From Bispira polyomma (lineage: Eukaryota), in contig OZ287750.1 of assembly GCA_965649765.1 (NCBI GenBank), positions 85,312,001-85,376,000 on the forward strand: a stretch of DNA of 64,000 nucleotides, read 5' to 3'. Every line of letters begins with the position of its first letter. Within the stretch, counting starts at the first letter, position 1. The position numbers and the translations under genes were made by a program. Below, piece after piece: positions 10,078 through 21,215 of this stretch. The notes under the pieces are model-generated. The model made no database searches. It saw nothing but the letters and a program-made list of their open reading frames with translations, and had not been told where the DNA came from.

Positions 10078-11301
10078 CTAGATGTTACCTTGTTGTTTGT
10101 CTGGCTGTTTACTTACATTCGCTTTAAAGCATTTGAATTCTGGGTGCGATGCGTCCTTTCCTAATGTCTTATTACAATACCAGCATACATGACGATAATT
10201 GCCATGATCTGCCTTGTGAGTACACTTGCCATTATTAAACAGCTTACAGATGGATTTACTTTCTGAAAAAGCCCCGTTAGACAAGTTATTGCCCTTGTTG
10301 CATACCATAGCCATCTGGGAGGCACTGATGCGATTCAGTGCCCACTGAGTGTTGTCCTGCCAGGACAGCCTGCCTTCCGCGATCTCATACATGCTGACAG
10401 CCCAGGCTGTCCTGACAGCAGGCCACGGATGTGTGGCTGCATCCCATAGTGCGTGTACCACTTGGTTCACCAAAGCTTTCATTGTTGTTGGATCACTTAC
10501 TTGTAGCGAGTTGGCCAGCTGGCCAGCCACCCACTGCGGCAATGTGAGGTTGTCAAAGACTGGCCTACGACGAGTCGATCCCCCCCCCACCCTTCGTTAG
10601 ACCATCTGAGTTTGGGATCAGCTAAAGTAATATCTGTGGAGTTATAACGACCAGACTTCTGCCTGACTGAGTGCTTACCCTGAACTAGACCCCTCTGGGC
10701 CAAGGCCTCGTAGTCAGCCAGCTGCCTGGTAACGGCCGCCTGCACGTTTGGAAGATCTTAACGCATCGAGATTGGGGACAATGCCATCTGTGTTGTAACC
10801 CTGACCTGTTGGTGGTTGCATCATAGGTTGAGCCAGCGGCTGTGCGAACCCGTTGTAACTGGGAGGGGGAAGAGATAGCAAATAACCCTCATGTCTCTGT
10901 TGGACCACCGTACCATCCCTCATGGTGTGTAATGGAGAATTAGCAGGTGTAACTGTCTGTTTGTCCTCTACGAGTTGCAGTCGAAGGGTTATGTTAGCGT
11001 TGGAGTTCTCCAGACCATGCAGGATTGAAAGAACCTCGGACATGCTTTGTGACTCGACTTGTGACTGGGGTACGGCCTGGAATGACAGCCCGGCTTGGCT
11101 GGACGATGCATTTGAACTGGTCAATAACTGAGAATCAATAAGAGGACACGCGGTGTCGGCAATGACTGTTCTATGTATTTCTGATTGATCATGAGTATTT
11201 GTAGTACTTACCTGACCAGTACCCCTTTTCTTGGCTGTACTAGTGGTCCGTTTCTTGCTGCTTAACATGTGAGTTGCTTTTGTTTTCCCCATTTCACACA
11301 A
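10078..11301 (-). pseudogene. gag-like ORF1 of the YR retrotransposon (frameshifted into three pieces)
   Basis: ORFs 10714-11301, 10497-10745 and 10078-10590. C-terminal CKLFNNGKC..H..RHVCWYC..H...C finger. Shares motifs with the second gag at 20236-20847 (IVPNLDALRS/IPSLYYLRS, FDNLTLPQW/YDDLSLVQF). Confidence 0.85.
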
Positions 11302-11384
11302 TAATCACTAGTTCCCATACCACGTTAGTTAATAAAAGAATAAAATATAGATAAAACCAATTCAGTGTAAATACGTGGTTAAAA

Positions 11385-11608
11385 TTTCAGTTTTTCCTAA
11401 GTGTCCTGTTCACAGGTGAAAACAAAAATTCAATATGGAGGATAGCTATCCTAGCTCAGAGGTCACTAATAGCTAATGCTGTGATTGGACAAGACCCAGA
11501 TGAACAAAAAGTTGGATAATGCCATTGCATTCGCTAGGGATTAAAGTAGTGTGATAAAAGAGCAGGTTGGACTGATCTAGCAGTCCCCTGGGGTGGACTT
11601 GCTATGCA
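11385..11608 (-). repeat. Split direct repeat A1 (5' terminus of the YR element)
   Basis: 224 bp; matches 5959-6182 with 10 substitutions by my count. Confidence 0.95.
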
Positions 11609-12704
11609 GATCCCACTTTCTAAAACCCTTTGGATAGAATTGTGGCTTTTTGTCATTGATGAACACTGGAATGTGAGAATAATAGTTTTTTACAAATTGA
11701 AAATTACACTTTACAATCTTATATTAATTTCTACCTGTAAATAGAAATGTTCGAAATATTGTACAAGATCACTCAGCAGATTGTTAACCTCGGCTATGGG
11801 GTACAAACTTGTGTTTGTGTTTTAAGTACAGATCTAAACCTCTCAAAGTCGGTAGCTTATCAAAGCAGAGATAAATCACTTAGTTCACTAAAAGACCTGT
11901 ATAATGGTAGTTTTAGGGGTATAATGTAAATATCCATTAAAATACATATTAAAGTACTCATTACACACTTATGCCCTGTTACATAGGTATGGTAGGCGGT
12001 ACCAAAAGGTACCAGAAGGTACCATCAGATAGCCAAAGATACTGAAAATTCTCTTTCAACCTATTAAATAGGCTGTTTATCTTGGCAAAATATATTGCCT
12101 AAAACTTGTCTGGATAAGATTTACAGACAAAAAAATAATGGTACAAGGGGAAAGTTTTGACCCACACAAAATTTCCGCCTTTCATGACTAATTGTAGGTG
12201 GTTCAGGAAAGCAAAATCAGTTCAATCATCTTTTTTTGCGTATTCCATGCTAACAATAAACCAACCAACACACAAAGACAAACAAAAATATAACCTGTAC
12301 TATCCAAATATTTTATTTCACTTTCTCCAATTTATGTTTCCCTAATTTATGAACCTTCTATCATTCGAACAAAATATTGTTCTCCCCATATATTTGAATA
12401 ATAGTGATTCTACTATATTTCACTCACACTAAAGACACAAGAAGTCATTGTATTATTACTCCCCTGTCAATAAAAACCACAGTGACATCATTCAGCTATT
12501 TATATGACATCCACAGATAATAGCAGTAGGTAATGAAGGAAATCCTCATCAAGTCACTTCAGTACAGGATATAAAAAGCCACTAACCCTTTCACAAACGA
12601 CATCGCTACAGCCCAGTAATGGTGGTAGCTTGTATTTGTTTATCACAGACTTTGAATATTCTTCATGTGATATGTTTAAAACTTAAAAATAGGGGATATA
12701 GGTA

Positions 12705-13250
12705 CTGAAAAAGAATGCAAAATGGCTGTCTACAAATAAATCTGCAGTATTTTCGCAGTTTTAAATTTTAAAATTATTTCACCCCTGCTTATATTCGTTA
12801 TAATATGTCACAGAATGACTGAGCTAGTAATAATTTCACAAGCTTTGCACATATTTTAAAGTTTGGCAATATAAAATTATTTAACATCTTGAAAACTGGT
12901 GACACAGGAATATTTGTGCCAAATATGAACGTCCAATGATAAAAGCAGTTTTCAAGCTAGATAGGCAGTATATAGGGGTTACAACAAAGGATATGCTCAT
13001 GAAATGATTTCAGTACAGGATAAAAGGTCAGGAACCTTTAAAAAAAAGTACTTCACCACAGCCCTATAAAGTAGTTAGGTGGTTAATTAATGAGATCTGA
13101 CGTGTTCAGGGGAAAACATGCTTGTTTTTGGCTTCATTTTTTTTTGCCATTTGAAGCCAAAAGTCAAACTGTATGACTAGGAAGTTTAACTGGCTGGCAA
13201 TTTTACCAATTTACAATTTTTGAGCATATCACAGTTATTGTTTTTCTATT
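12705..13250 (+). repeat. Paralogue of 1742-2330 (duplicated composite repeat module)
   Basis: Shared segments such as TGGCTGTCTA..CTGCAGTATTTT, ATATTTGTGCCAAATATGAAC and ATCTGACGTGTTCAGGG. Confidence 0.85.
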
Positions 13251-13344
13251 GGTTATCCTTTAGTTGAAATATCAATACAATTTAAACAATTTTCACTGAG
13301 AAATAATTTTTTTTTAAACATGATATTGTTACATATAAGGACAT

Positions 13345-13870
13345 TGTGGTGTGTTAAAACAAAACCGGTCTAGTTAGTCCTAATGATCTTACACTCTGCT
13401 AGAGTGATCTATTTATACAATTGGGGAGCCCCCTAAGCTTCTAGAAGCCGGTTCTGTTTGGTTTCTGAAGAATATTAAAGTTGTGTTCATATGTATATCT
13501 CATCTCTGGAATGTTCTAGCGATTGCTTACATATTCTAGAGCCTTCTCTAGCAGTTGTATATATAAGGGCTGACAGCCTGGCCACAGACCAGAGTTAATT
13601 AAGTTGAGGTGCTATATGAACTGCTATACTGTGAAATATTTTATTTCTTTTCCTGTGGATATAAACTGATTACTACATATGTTTTTGTGGTGAACTCATT
13701 GGAGTGAACCAGATAAAAGTTGTGGATCTACCAGAGATTGGATTTACTGCATATTGGATATTGTTTGCATCCTGGACCGGATAGCTTAGTTGTGCAGACT
13801 CTCTGGATATATACATATTGTGTTCGCGGACACTGAATGGACAACAGGATACAGGCATTGTGTGGACATT
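13345..13870 (+). mobile_element. Possible LTR remnant
   Basis: Starts TGTGGTG, has repeated TTCTAG motifs and a TATATAAGGG box at ~13558. The 3' end and TSD are not resolved. Confidence 0.3.
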
Positions 13871-13932
13871 GAGCGTAAAAAGAAGAAACCAGGAATGAGT
13901 GATAACCATTTAAAATTTTGCATGTGATGGAT

Positions 13933-14160
13933 TCAAAAGACGAATAGGACTGTTTTTTTTATGTCACAGGAAAGAGCTTTTTCTACAATAAAGCCTACTC
14001 CTCCTCCGTGTTTCTGCAACCTGGGAAACTGGAAAAATTTGTAACCCAGAGGGGTTATGTCAGTCAGAAAAGATGTGGTATCCTTTCTGCTGAGCCACGT
14101 CTCGGAGACGGCAGCAATATCAAGATCCTGGGCTATGATCACATCAATAGCTGCAGGTGC
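13933..14160 (-). mobile_element. LINE (CR1/L2 clade) APE-endonuclease fragment
   Basis: LDIAAVSETWL...GYKFFQFPR...GGGVGFIV. Confidence 0.85.
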
Positions 14161-15284
14161 CTTGTTAACAACTTGCCTGACATGTTACGCTTTAGAAGTT
14201 GCCTGGTATGAATTGGGCGCGTTAAAAATCTATCATATCATATCATTTACAATAAAATATTGATTTATTAACATGAACCAATGTACTCATACTCTGTATG
14301 AAAAAAACACATAACTGTCTTAACATGACATCATTATAACATTCTACCTGTCAGTCCTGTTTCTGTGTGTATTTTCATCATCTGTTCATGTCAAACCTAT
14401 TCGCCAATTATTGTATGTCATGTACTTTTAAAACATATCTTATTCTTACTTATTGTTTGTCCAAAATTTGTCTCAAATACATATATATTATTACAACAAA
14501 ACAGCAAATTTTATTTAAATTCCTTTAAATGTGTTATGTGTGACGTACAGGTGGAACACTCTGAAGAAATATATAAGGAAATACCATATACATAAGATGT
14601 GAACCAATGCATCCTCATGTTTCGTTCTTGTTTGCAGGCAAAACAAACAGTTACATATAACGCTTTGAATTCTTGGAGAAAACAAAAAACTACATTCAAG
14701 TTCATAGTATTTTGAAACATTTATATCGAACTGGTTAATGCTTATCACGTAAATCACCAAATTTGTTCAATATTCTCGTAACACAGTCAATGTACTACCT
14801 TATGCCTAAAAATAGTATTCTGAGCGGGTTCTATACGCCTGTCTTTTATTTCATTACAAAATGTGTAGTTTTGATGTATTATTTTAATAACGTCCCCACG
14901 TAGGGCCCTCTATCAATATGACATCAAGTGACATCATTTAACGTGTCTTCTGTCATTCAACCTTAGGGCTTTGTTTTGAAGTATTCCAAGTATTTAAGTC
15001 TTTCTTTTCCCGAAAGTACCTCGAAATTTGACCCCCTTTATACTCAGCCAATCCGGTGTTGTAAAAATAATATATGATATATAGTTAGTCCGGAGTAGCT
15101 GATTAGACTAAATTATTACGTTTTATAATCTTATGTGTGATGTTATATATATGAAATTTATGTTGTATATTAATAAAACTGATACTGTGCAATATGACTT
15201 GTCGCAGACTTCTGAGACAGGAAGCTTTAGGTGACTGTTTAGTTTGCGGTATAAATATTACCTCTCATGAGAATACAAATTAGA

Positions 15285-15570
15285 TAATGTTAATGTTTTT
15301 ACTTCTATAGCGCCACAATCAATGACCAGGCATCCTCTGTGGTGCATATCCTAGTAAGTGTGCAAGAGCATAGTCCGGTAGACAAAAAAAGTTTCGTGAT
15401 CAGAGATTCAGTCGTGACCATCAGATGCATGCTAGGGTGGGAAAGCGAGCTGATACAGATGTGTTATGAGCCTGTTTTCTGAAACCCATGATGCTTGTCT
15501 CAGTCCGAAGACTGATAGGGAGGCTATTGCACTCAGCAGGTGCTGCAACTAAGAATGCTTGCACTCATGC
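15285..15570 (-). mobile_element. L2/Crack-type LINE 3' end
   Basis: Minus strand reads AFLVAAPAE.NSLPISLRTETSIMGFRK...THLY, followed by a GCGCTATAGAAG...(ACATTA)n tail. Confidence 0.8.
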
Positions 15571-18500
15571 CTGGAAACAGGGCTTTAAGGGTGAGTTCTA
15601 CAATATACAACCAAAAGTCATCTTATTGGAGAAGTTATTTTTTGCATTACAGAACCATACAGTGACCATTCCCCATACCACACATACAAAAGAACAAGTT
15701 CTTACATTTTTCTAGGAAAGTTATCATAGGCGCTTACCGCTTGTAAAATGCTGCATTCTGCATGTATGAAAATGGCCCTTAATGCTGCTTGCATATTAAT
15801 ACAGGAACAGGACCGAGAAATGGCAATAAATATTGGGTGGTTTTTATTCTCACTTATTTATAACTATATGTACTCAAAAATATTATTTTTGGGGTTATTT
15901 GTGTCTTTAAGGTTTAAAATACTTTGTTTTAAGATATCTTCAAATAAGAAGTCTTTCCCATACAGCCTTAAGTTGGGAGGTAAGGTCACCTTAATGAAGA
16001 GTTTGGTAACGGAGGGAGAGTGCTGAGAAATGCACAGACTTTCATCGTTATTTATAGGATGGTGAGCAGCAGTAACATAATAACCACATCAAAGTAAACA
16101 TAGGCTTATTTACAATCATGGTCTGTATTGAATGAAAATTACATCCTTAACTGTCACAAAAAGACCATGTAAAAAGCACTTGGTCCATAGATTTTTGCCT
16201 CTTTTTTCTCTTTGTGTCCCTCGAAGGGAAAATAAAATAACTTAAAACATTTAAATTTTCTATGAAGAGTTTACCAAAAATAAGAACCCCAAATGACATT
16301 CAATAGAATGATAATACTTAATCACAGTATTAGTTTGAAAATTCACAAGGTTCTTTTCCTGAAAGTAAATACCATTGCTGACTTTGCAGTTATCAAGCTT
16401 GCTATAGAAAAGGTTTATCTGTAATAAAAAAGGTCATATACTTTTCTTGGATGTCAACATTGTCATTTACTCATATTAATGTTTATGTTTACAGTGGACA
16501 TTTTTGACAGGTCACTATATCTGACTTTAAGTGTGCAATAACTTTCTTGTAAAAACATACCAAAACTGTTTCAACAATAAACATACCATAGTGTGAGTAT
16601 TGATATAAATTACTCGCCAAAAAAGAAAATATATTACATGTTAACAAGATAATAGCCACTCTTAATCGTATTAAGGCGACAATTTAACACCAACAGAACA
16701 TTTACATCAATTACTTAAAGATTTCCCAGTAAGTGACAACTTTCTATTTTCCTACATTGGTGATACAAAAAATAACTACTAATTTGATTTTATGGTAGGT
16801 AAAACTGATCAAAAAGGCCAAGAGTTGTGTAATAATTGTTTACACAAATATTTTTCCCCCAAAAAAGCACTTATTTAGACACAATAAAAATTGATTTTTG
16901 TTACAAAGTTTACAGATTGTTTTGTTAAGATTTATTTTATAGAACCTTGTTATTTCTATTTTATCTTAACGGGTAAAATATATCCATTCTTATTATGACA
17001 ATCTCAGTTTTATAAAACTTTGTGAGGTTTTAGGACAATCCGAGTGGAAGAAGCAATTTTAGTATAATCTAAACTTGAGTTTGAGGATATATTAGGATTC
17101 AGATTTGTTTTGTCTCTCTATATAAAGTTACATGCTCCTTGTTATTTGCCTATCTCTCCTAAGGTCAGTAATTTCTTTATGATTTCAGGCAATTGATGTG
17201 CTTTAATGCTGCAGTGGACCACAGTGCTACTGAAGTAAACAATAATGTTTATGGTTTACTTCAGTGCCATCATATTTAGCTGCCACGTTACTAAGATTTA
17301 CAAGCACATATGATATCATTAAGGCCTATTTTGAGGGTGCTTCTTACTTTGTCATAATGCTTTGTCATAATGCCTCCTTATGCAGACATAAGCATCTGTA
17401 TCATTTGATATATCTTTCTGGAATGGTCATATTGTTCTGGTCACAAACAAGCCTTGGAGACACCTATCTTTTCTGCAATGGCCATATTGTTTTTGACGGT
17501 TGTTAAACCTTTTCTTAAACTCTGTAGAGCCATGATTTATTTATAACGGTTCCAAAATCATATTACAGGTATATATATATCTATTGTGGAGAACAACATT
17601 TGTTGTAAATCAAGCGCACAAAAATTGTAGACATTTATAAACTCGAGGATGCCTGATATGCCGGTTTCACAAATGTGTTAAATATTGAGAAATACTATTA
17701 TGTCTCCATAATTTACATCGGATAACAAATGTATTTAAGTTTTTATTTGCAACAAACTACTACCAAATTTATTAGTGCATGAAATCTATACTAATATGAC
17801 ACATCAAAGATGTCAAAAGCAAAATAAACGCAAATAAATTCAACCAATGGGAAAACAAATAACTAAGGATCATCAAATCTAACTTTTCTAAACTTTAGTG
17901 GGGAAGAGAAGAACAAACCAAACCTAATTAAATACAAGGGAAGAGGGGATGGTAGAAAAAGCCACAGCAATTTTAGTCGACCGTTCAAAAATCCCTGATA
18001 GTGTGTAATTTTTGGGTCGAGGAATTCACAGACACACAATTGTTATTAGAGTAATTTCTTTTTGCCAGGCACTCTGCTGCTTCATCTGCTCCCCCACTCC
18101 CCACTGCCCCCCATCCATATCCTAAAATTGAGGGTACAAGAAGGATCTGACATTGTCCTGTATATGTCCTTCTAGCCTTCCATCCTGCAATTAGATCATG
18201 TGTACGGGTGCGCGTCTTAAACTGCAGTAAATTTTGGCTGATGTTATGTAAATTTGGAAAGGAAAATCTTTGGGGGAAGGATGGAAAAAATGGTGAACCA
18301 ATTTTTGAGAGAGAGAAAGAACAAATGGACTTTATTTTGCAAATTTAAGTGTTCTTATAATCAGAACAACTTTTCTGTTTACGATAAAATAGATTTAATT
18401 ACTGCAGCTTCTTTTTGTTTTTTGCTAGGTTTCTGTTCAATTGTCTCTTAAATCAATTTTAATGTAGCATCCAGTTTCCAAGTTGCAAAAGGGAACTTGC

Positions 18501-18863
18501 CCATGAAACTTAAAATATGGTAATTTAAATATTTTGATTGATTTTGCATGAACATGATCACAATTTGTGGAATACTTTAATACTAATTGAGGGCACTAAA
18601 TGTAGAAGTTACAAAATAATAAATAAAATTTCAATAGTTCACACTCGGTAGCTCGGTAAAGGGGTGGCATGATTTGGCACAAAAGGTTTAATGTGTAATT
18701 GTACCGTATTTAAAGTTTATCTTGATGACCCAAAATAAGGTGTCACATTTCTGACTTAGAAATAAGTGTAAATATTTCCTAATGTATTACAATTGTCATT
18801 TTGTAGTAACTTATTAACTAAGCCAAGATGTGTAGTATGTATTTTACCTGTGCCAAATTATAA

Positions 18864-18997
18864 NNNNNNNNNNNNNNNNNNNNNNNNNNNNNNNNNNNNN
18901 NNNNNNNNNNNNNNNNNNNNNNNNNNNNNNNNNNNNNNNNNNNNNNNNNNNNNNNNNNNNNNNNNNNNNNNNNNNNNNNNNNNNNNNNNNNNNNNNN
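18864..18997. other. Assembly gap (N run)
   Basis: N bases; the right flank starts with a 29-bp satellite unit. Confidence 1.
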
Positions 18998-19718
18998 GAG
19001 ATAATTGGTGGTGTGACACCAAAGAGATATATATTAGTGTTCTAAATTTGAATTGGGAAATCTATGCCAAAGTATACAGATGTGATGTATCTTCCCTCAT
19101 ACTAGATTTAGCTTAAACTAAGACTAAGCTGAAACGAAGGGTATGGTTAAGTCCTTTGCACATGGGATAAACATATTTGTGACTATTCCTTTTAATAGAG
19201 CTTTCGTTCGTTAATTCAAATATGCAGTCATCTTTTACTTAACTTCACCCTAGTCAGAGATTGGAAGATTTTTAGCATTAACCTTGAATATGAGTTGAGC
19301 TCAAGATCACTTGAAAATAGATTGTTTAAATATCAAGAAATTGTCTATGTCATTTTGCCAAATCATGGTAAAATAGATTGGAGCCATCCATTTTTATTAG
19401 TATTTTATGGAAATAAGAGAAAGGGTAATCAGGTTTACTATTCATCTTTACAGACGTTACATTTTATTATTTCAAAGTGCAATCTTTGGTCTGGTATTAT
19501 TCAGATATAGAACCTTTTGTGTAAAGATGGAGACTTGGGATGAAATAGTTCTGAATAAGGGCTAAATTATATTGAGCAGCTATGGTCTTCAATAACCCCT
19601 TTTTTGAAAGAGATTTTCTCAAATGCCTTTTCTTCCTAAATGAGATTATTGCTTCACAAGTACAGATAAATTGTTTGCAATACATTGGCTATTCAAATAA
19701 ACAACATTACATATAAAA

Positions 19719-19850
19719 TACTGGAGGCACTCAGTAGAGCGCATATCTTTTCCAAGATGCCAAAATTCAACCAGGATCTGCCCAAAAATTGGAAGACAAT
19801 TGTTTCAGTAGTTTTTGGGTGTAACAAACTAAGTAACCAACCAGTGGACG
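19719..19850 (+). mobile_element. Helentron/HINE-like non-autonomous element remnant (copies at ~26370-26615, ~33784-34025 and ~34214-34480)
   Basis: ACT(A/G)GAGGCACTCAGTAGAGCGCAT start; the AAAATTTAATGGATTCTTCCTTGGCCCATGCCCCATCCCT module is present in the longer copies. Family assignment is from recall, not a search. Confidence 0.5.
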
Positions 19851-20019
19851 CATCTAACCACATATTTTAAGTGGCTAAAAATATTTTTAGTATATTCGTC
19901 AAATAAACAACCATTGTTATCAGTGGTTATGTAACAGTTAGCGGCAGCGCATTTATAAGGTGGATTGTTGTTATTATTGAGCATTTACATAGCACCCTTT
20001 TGAGGCACTGATTCTCTGA

Positions 20020-21215
20020 ACGGAATATTCCAACACCATATCCTGGGTCTTCATGAGAAATCTTGGCCAGAGGATTTTATCACCCGATGGACACAGCAGT
20101 ATTAGCAGGAGTTAAACCAGAGACCTTATGATGATCAGATAAACTCCTCTTAACTGAAAGTTAAACATGTGAAATATGTACTACTGGGTGGCTAAAACAG
20201 CAGGCACACCTCTCAAAGTTTTTAAACACGGCCCGTTACAGAAGTGACTTACCCTCCTGATAAAATCGATAAATAACAGCCTGATTTTTACTTTGGGTTT
20301 TACCCTTACTGCTACTACCGGCCTTTGAACTATGGCTACTACTTGCACTATTTAATCTATGGCGCTGGGCATGTGCCCGACGTATCTGATCGCCTTTATA
20401 CACATCCGTCCACTTAACACAATCTAACTCCATGTTTGTTAGTAATATCGCGTTTGAGGACTTAGCTGCCTCCCACGAAAAATCGTGGGCATTGTTCATG
20501 AGATTCGCTAGATATTCAAGCATGGATTCCTTAACCTCTTGCGACTTTTGTTTTTGGACAGACCTAACAAAACCTGAAGTGAATTGAACTAGGCTTAAGT
20601 CATCGTACATTGGATGGGTTTTCTTGGCACCTAACAACACAAAATTTTGGGGCCAATCAATGGCTCGTTTGATGGGGGCATCAGTAACACCCAGCTGGGA
20701 TTTTAGTTTACCTGACCCAGTAAGTTCGTTCAGTTGCTGTAACTGCAGTAACCATTGGACGACCTGGGTTTGCAAGTTATCATTAGACCGTAGGTAATAT
20801 AGAGAAGGAATAACAGTTTCGCCTACAGGATCAGACATCTTGGCCATACTCTCACCAGAAACAATACTACTAGCTTGAGGTCTAACAACGGGTAAAGTAC
20901 TATATGCCGGGTTGGCACAGCACTGCCTCCGTAACCTTCACGTGCTGGTCCATACTGTTCATTTTGTTATTCAAAGACTGTAACTGTAGAAATATTTGTT
21001 CAGACACTGAGTCAAATACTTCAGCAGGACCAGTCGTGGGTACATCATCGGCGATGCTGTCAGCCACTACAACACTTTTTGTCTGCACTTTTTGCCTACA
21101 GGCTGTTCAACCACAATTTTACACACTGCAATATGTATTGTGTGTCCCAAAATACCTTTGTTTACGGCGACCAGTTTTTGTATTTATGTTCTTAGCTCTT
21201 TATTGCTTGCACATT
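20020..21215 (-). mobile_element. Fragment of a second, divergent Ngaro/DIRS-like element (gag only)
   Basis: ORFs 20236-20847 and 20900-21088 resemble the gag at 10078-11301 (SGKLKSQ, WPQ, YDDLSLVQF, DFSWEAAK). The sequence is absent at the paralogous position ~26790-26860. Boundaries are approximate. Confidence 0.75.

Larger units (their letters stand above)
4929..11608 (-). mobile_element. Full-length, degenerate Ngaro/DIRS-superfamily tyrosine-recombinase retrotransposon with split direct repeats
   Basis: Minus-strand order is gag (CCCH/CCHC-type Cys/His finger), RT (YIDD), RNase H, YR (R...HTFRR...HGLW...Y). Repeats are arranged A1(11385-11608)...B1(6183-6336)-A2(5959-6182)-spacer-B2(4929-5082). 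There is no methyltransferase domain between RH and YR. Several frameshifts and stops are present. Confidence 0.95.
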
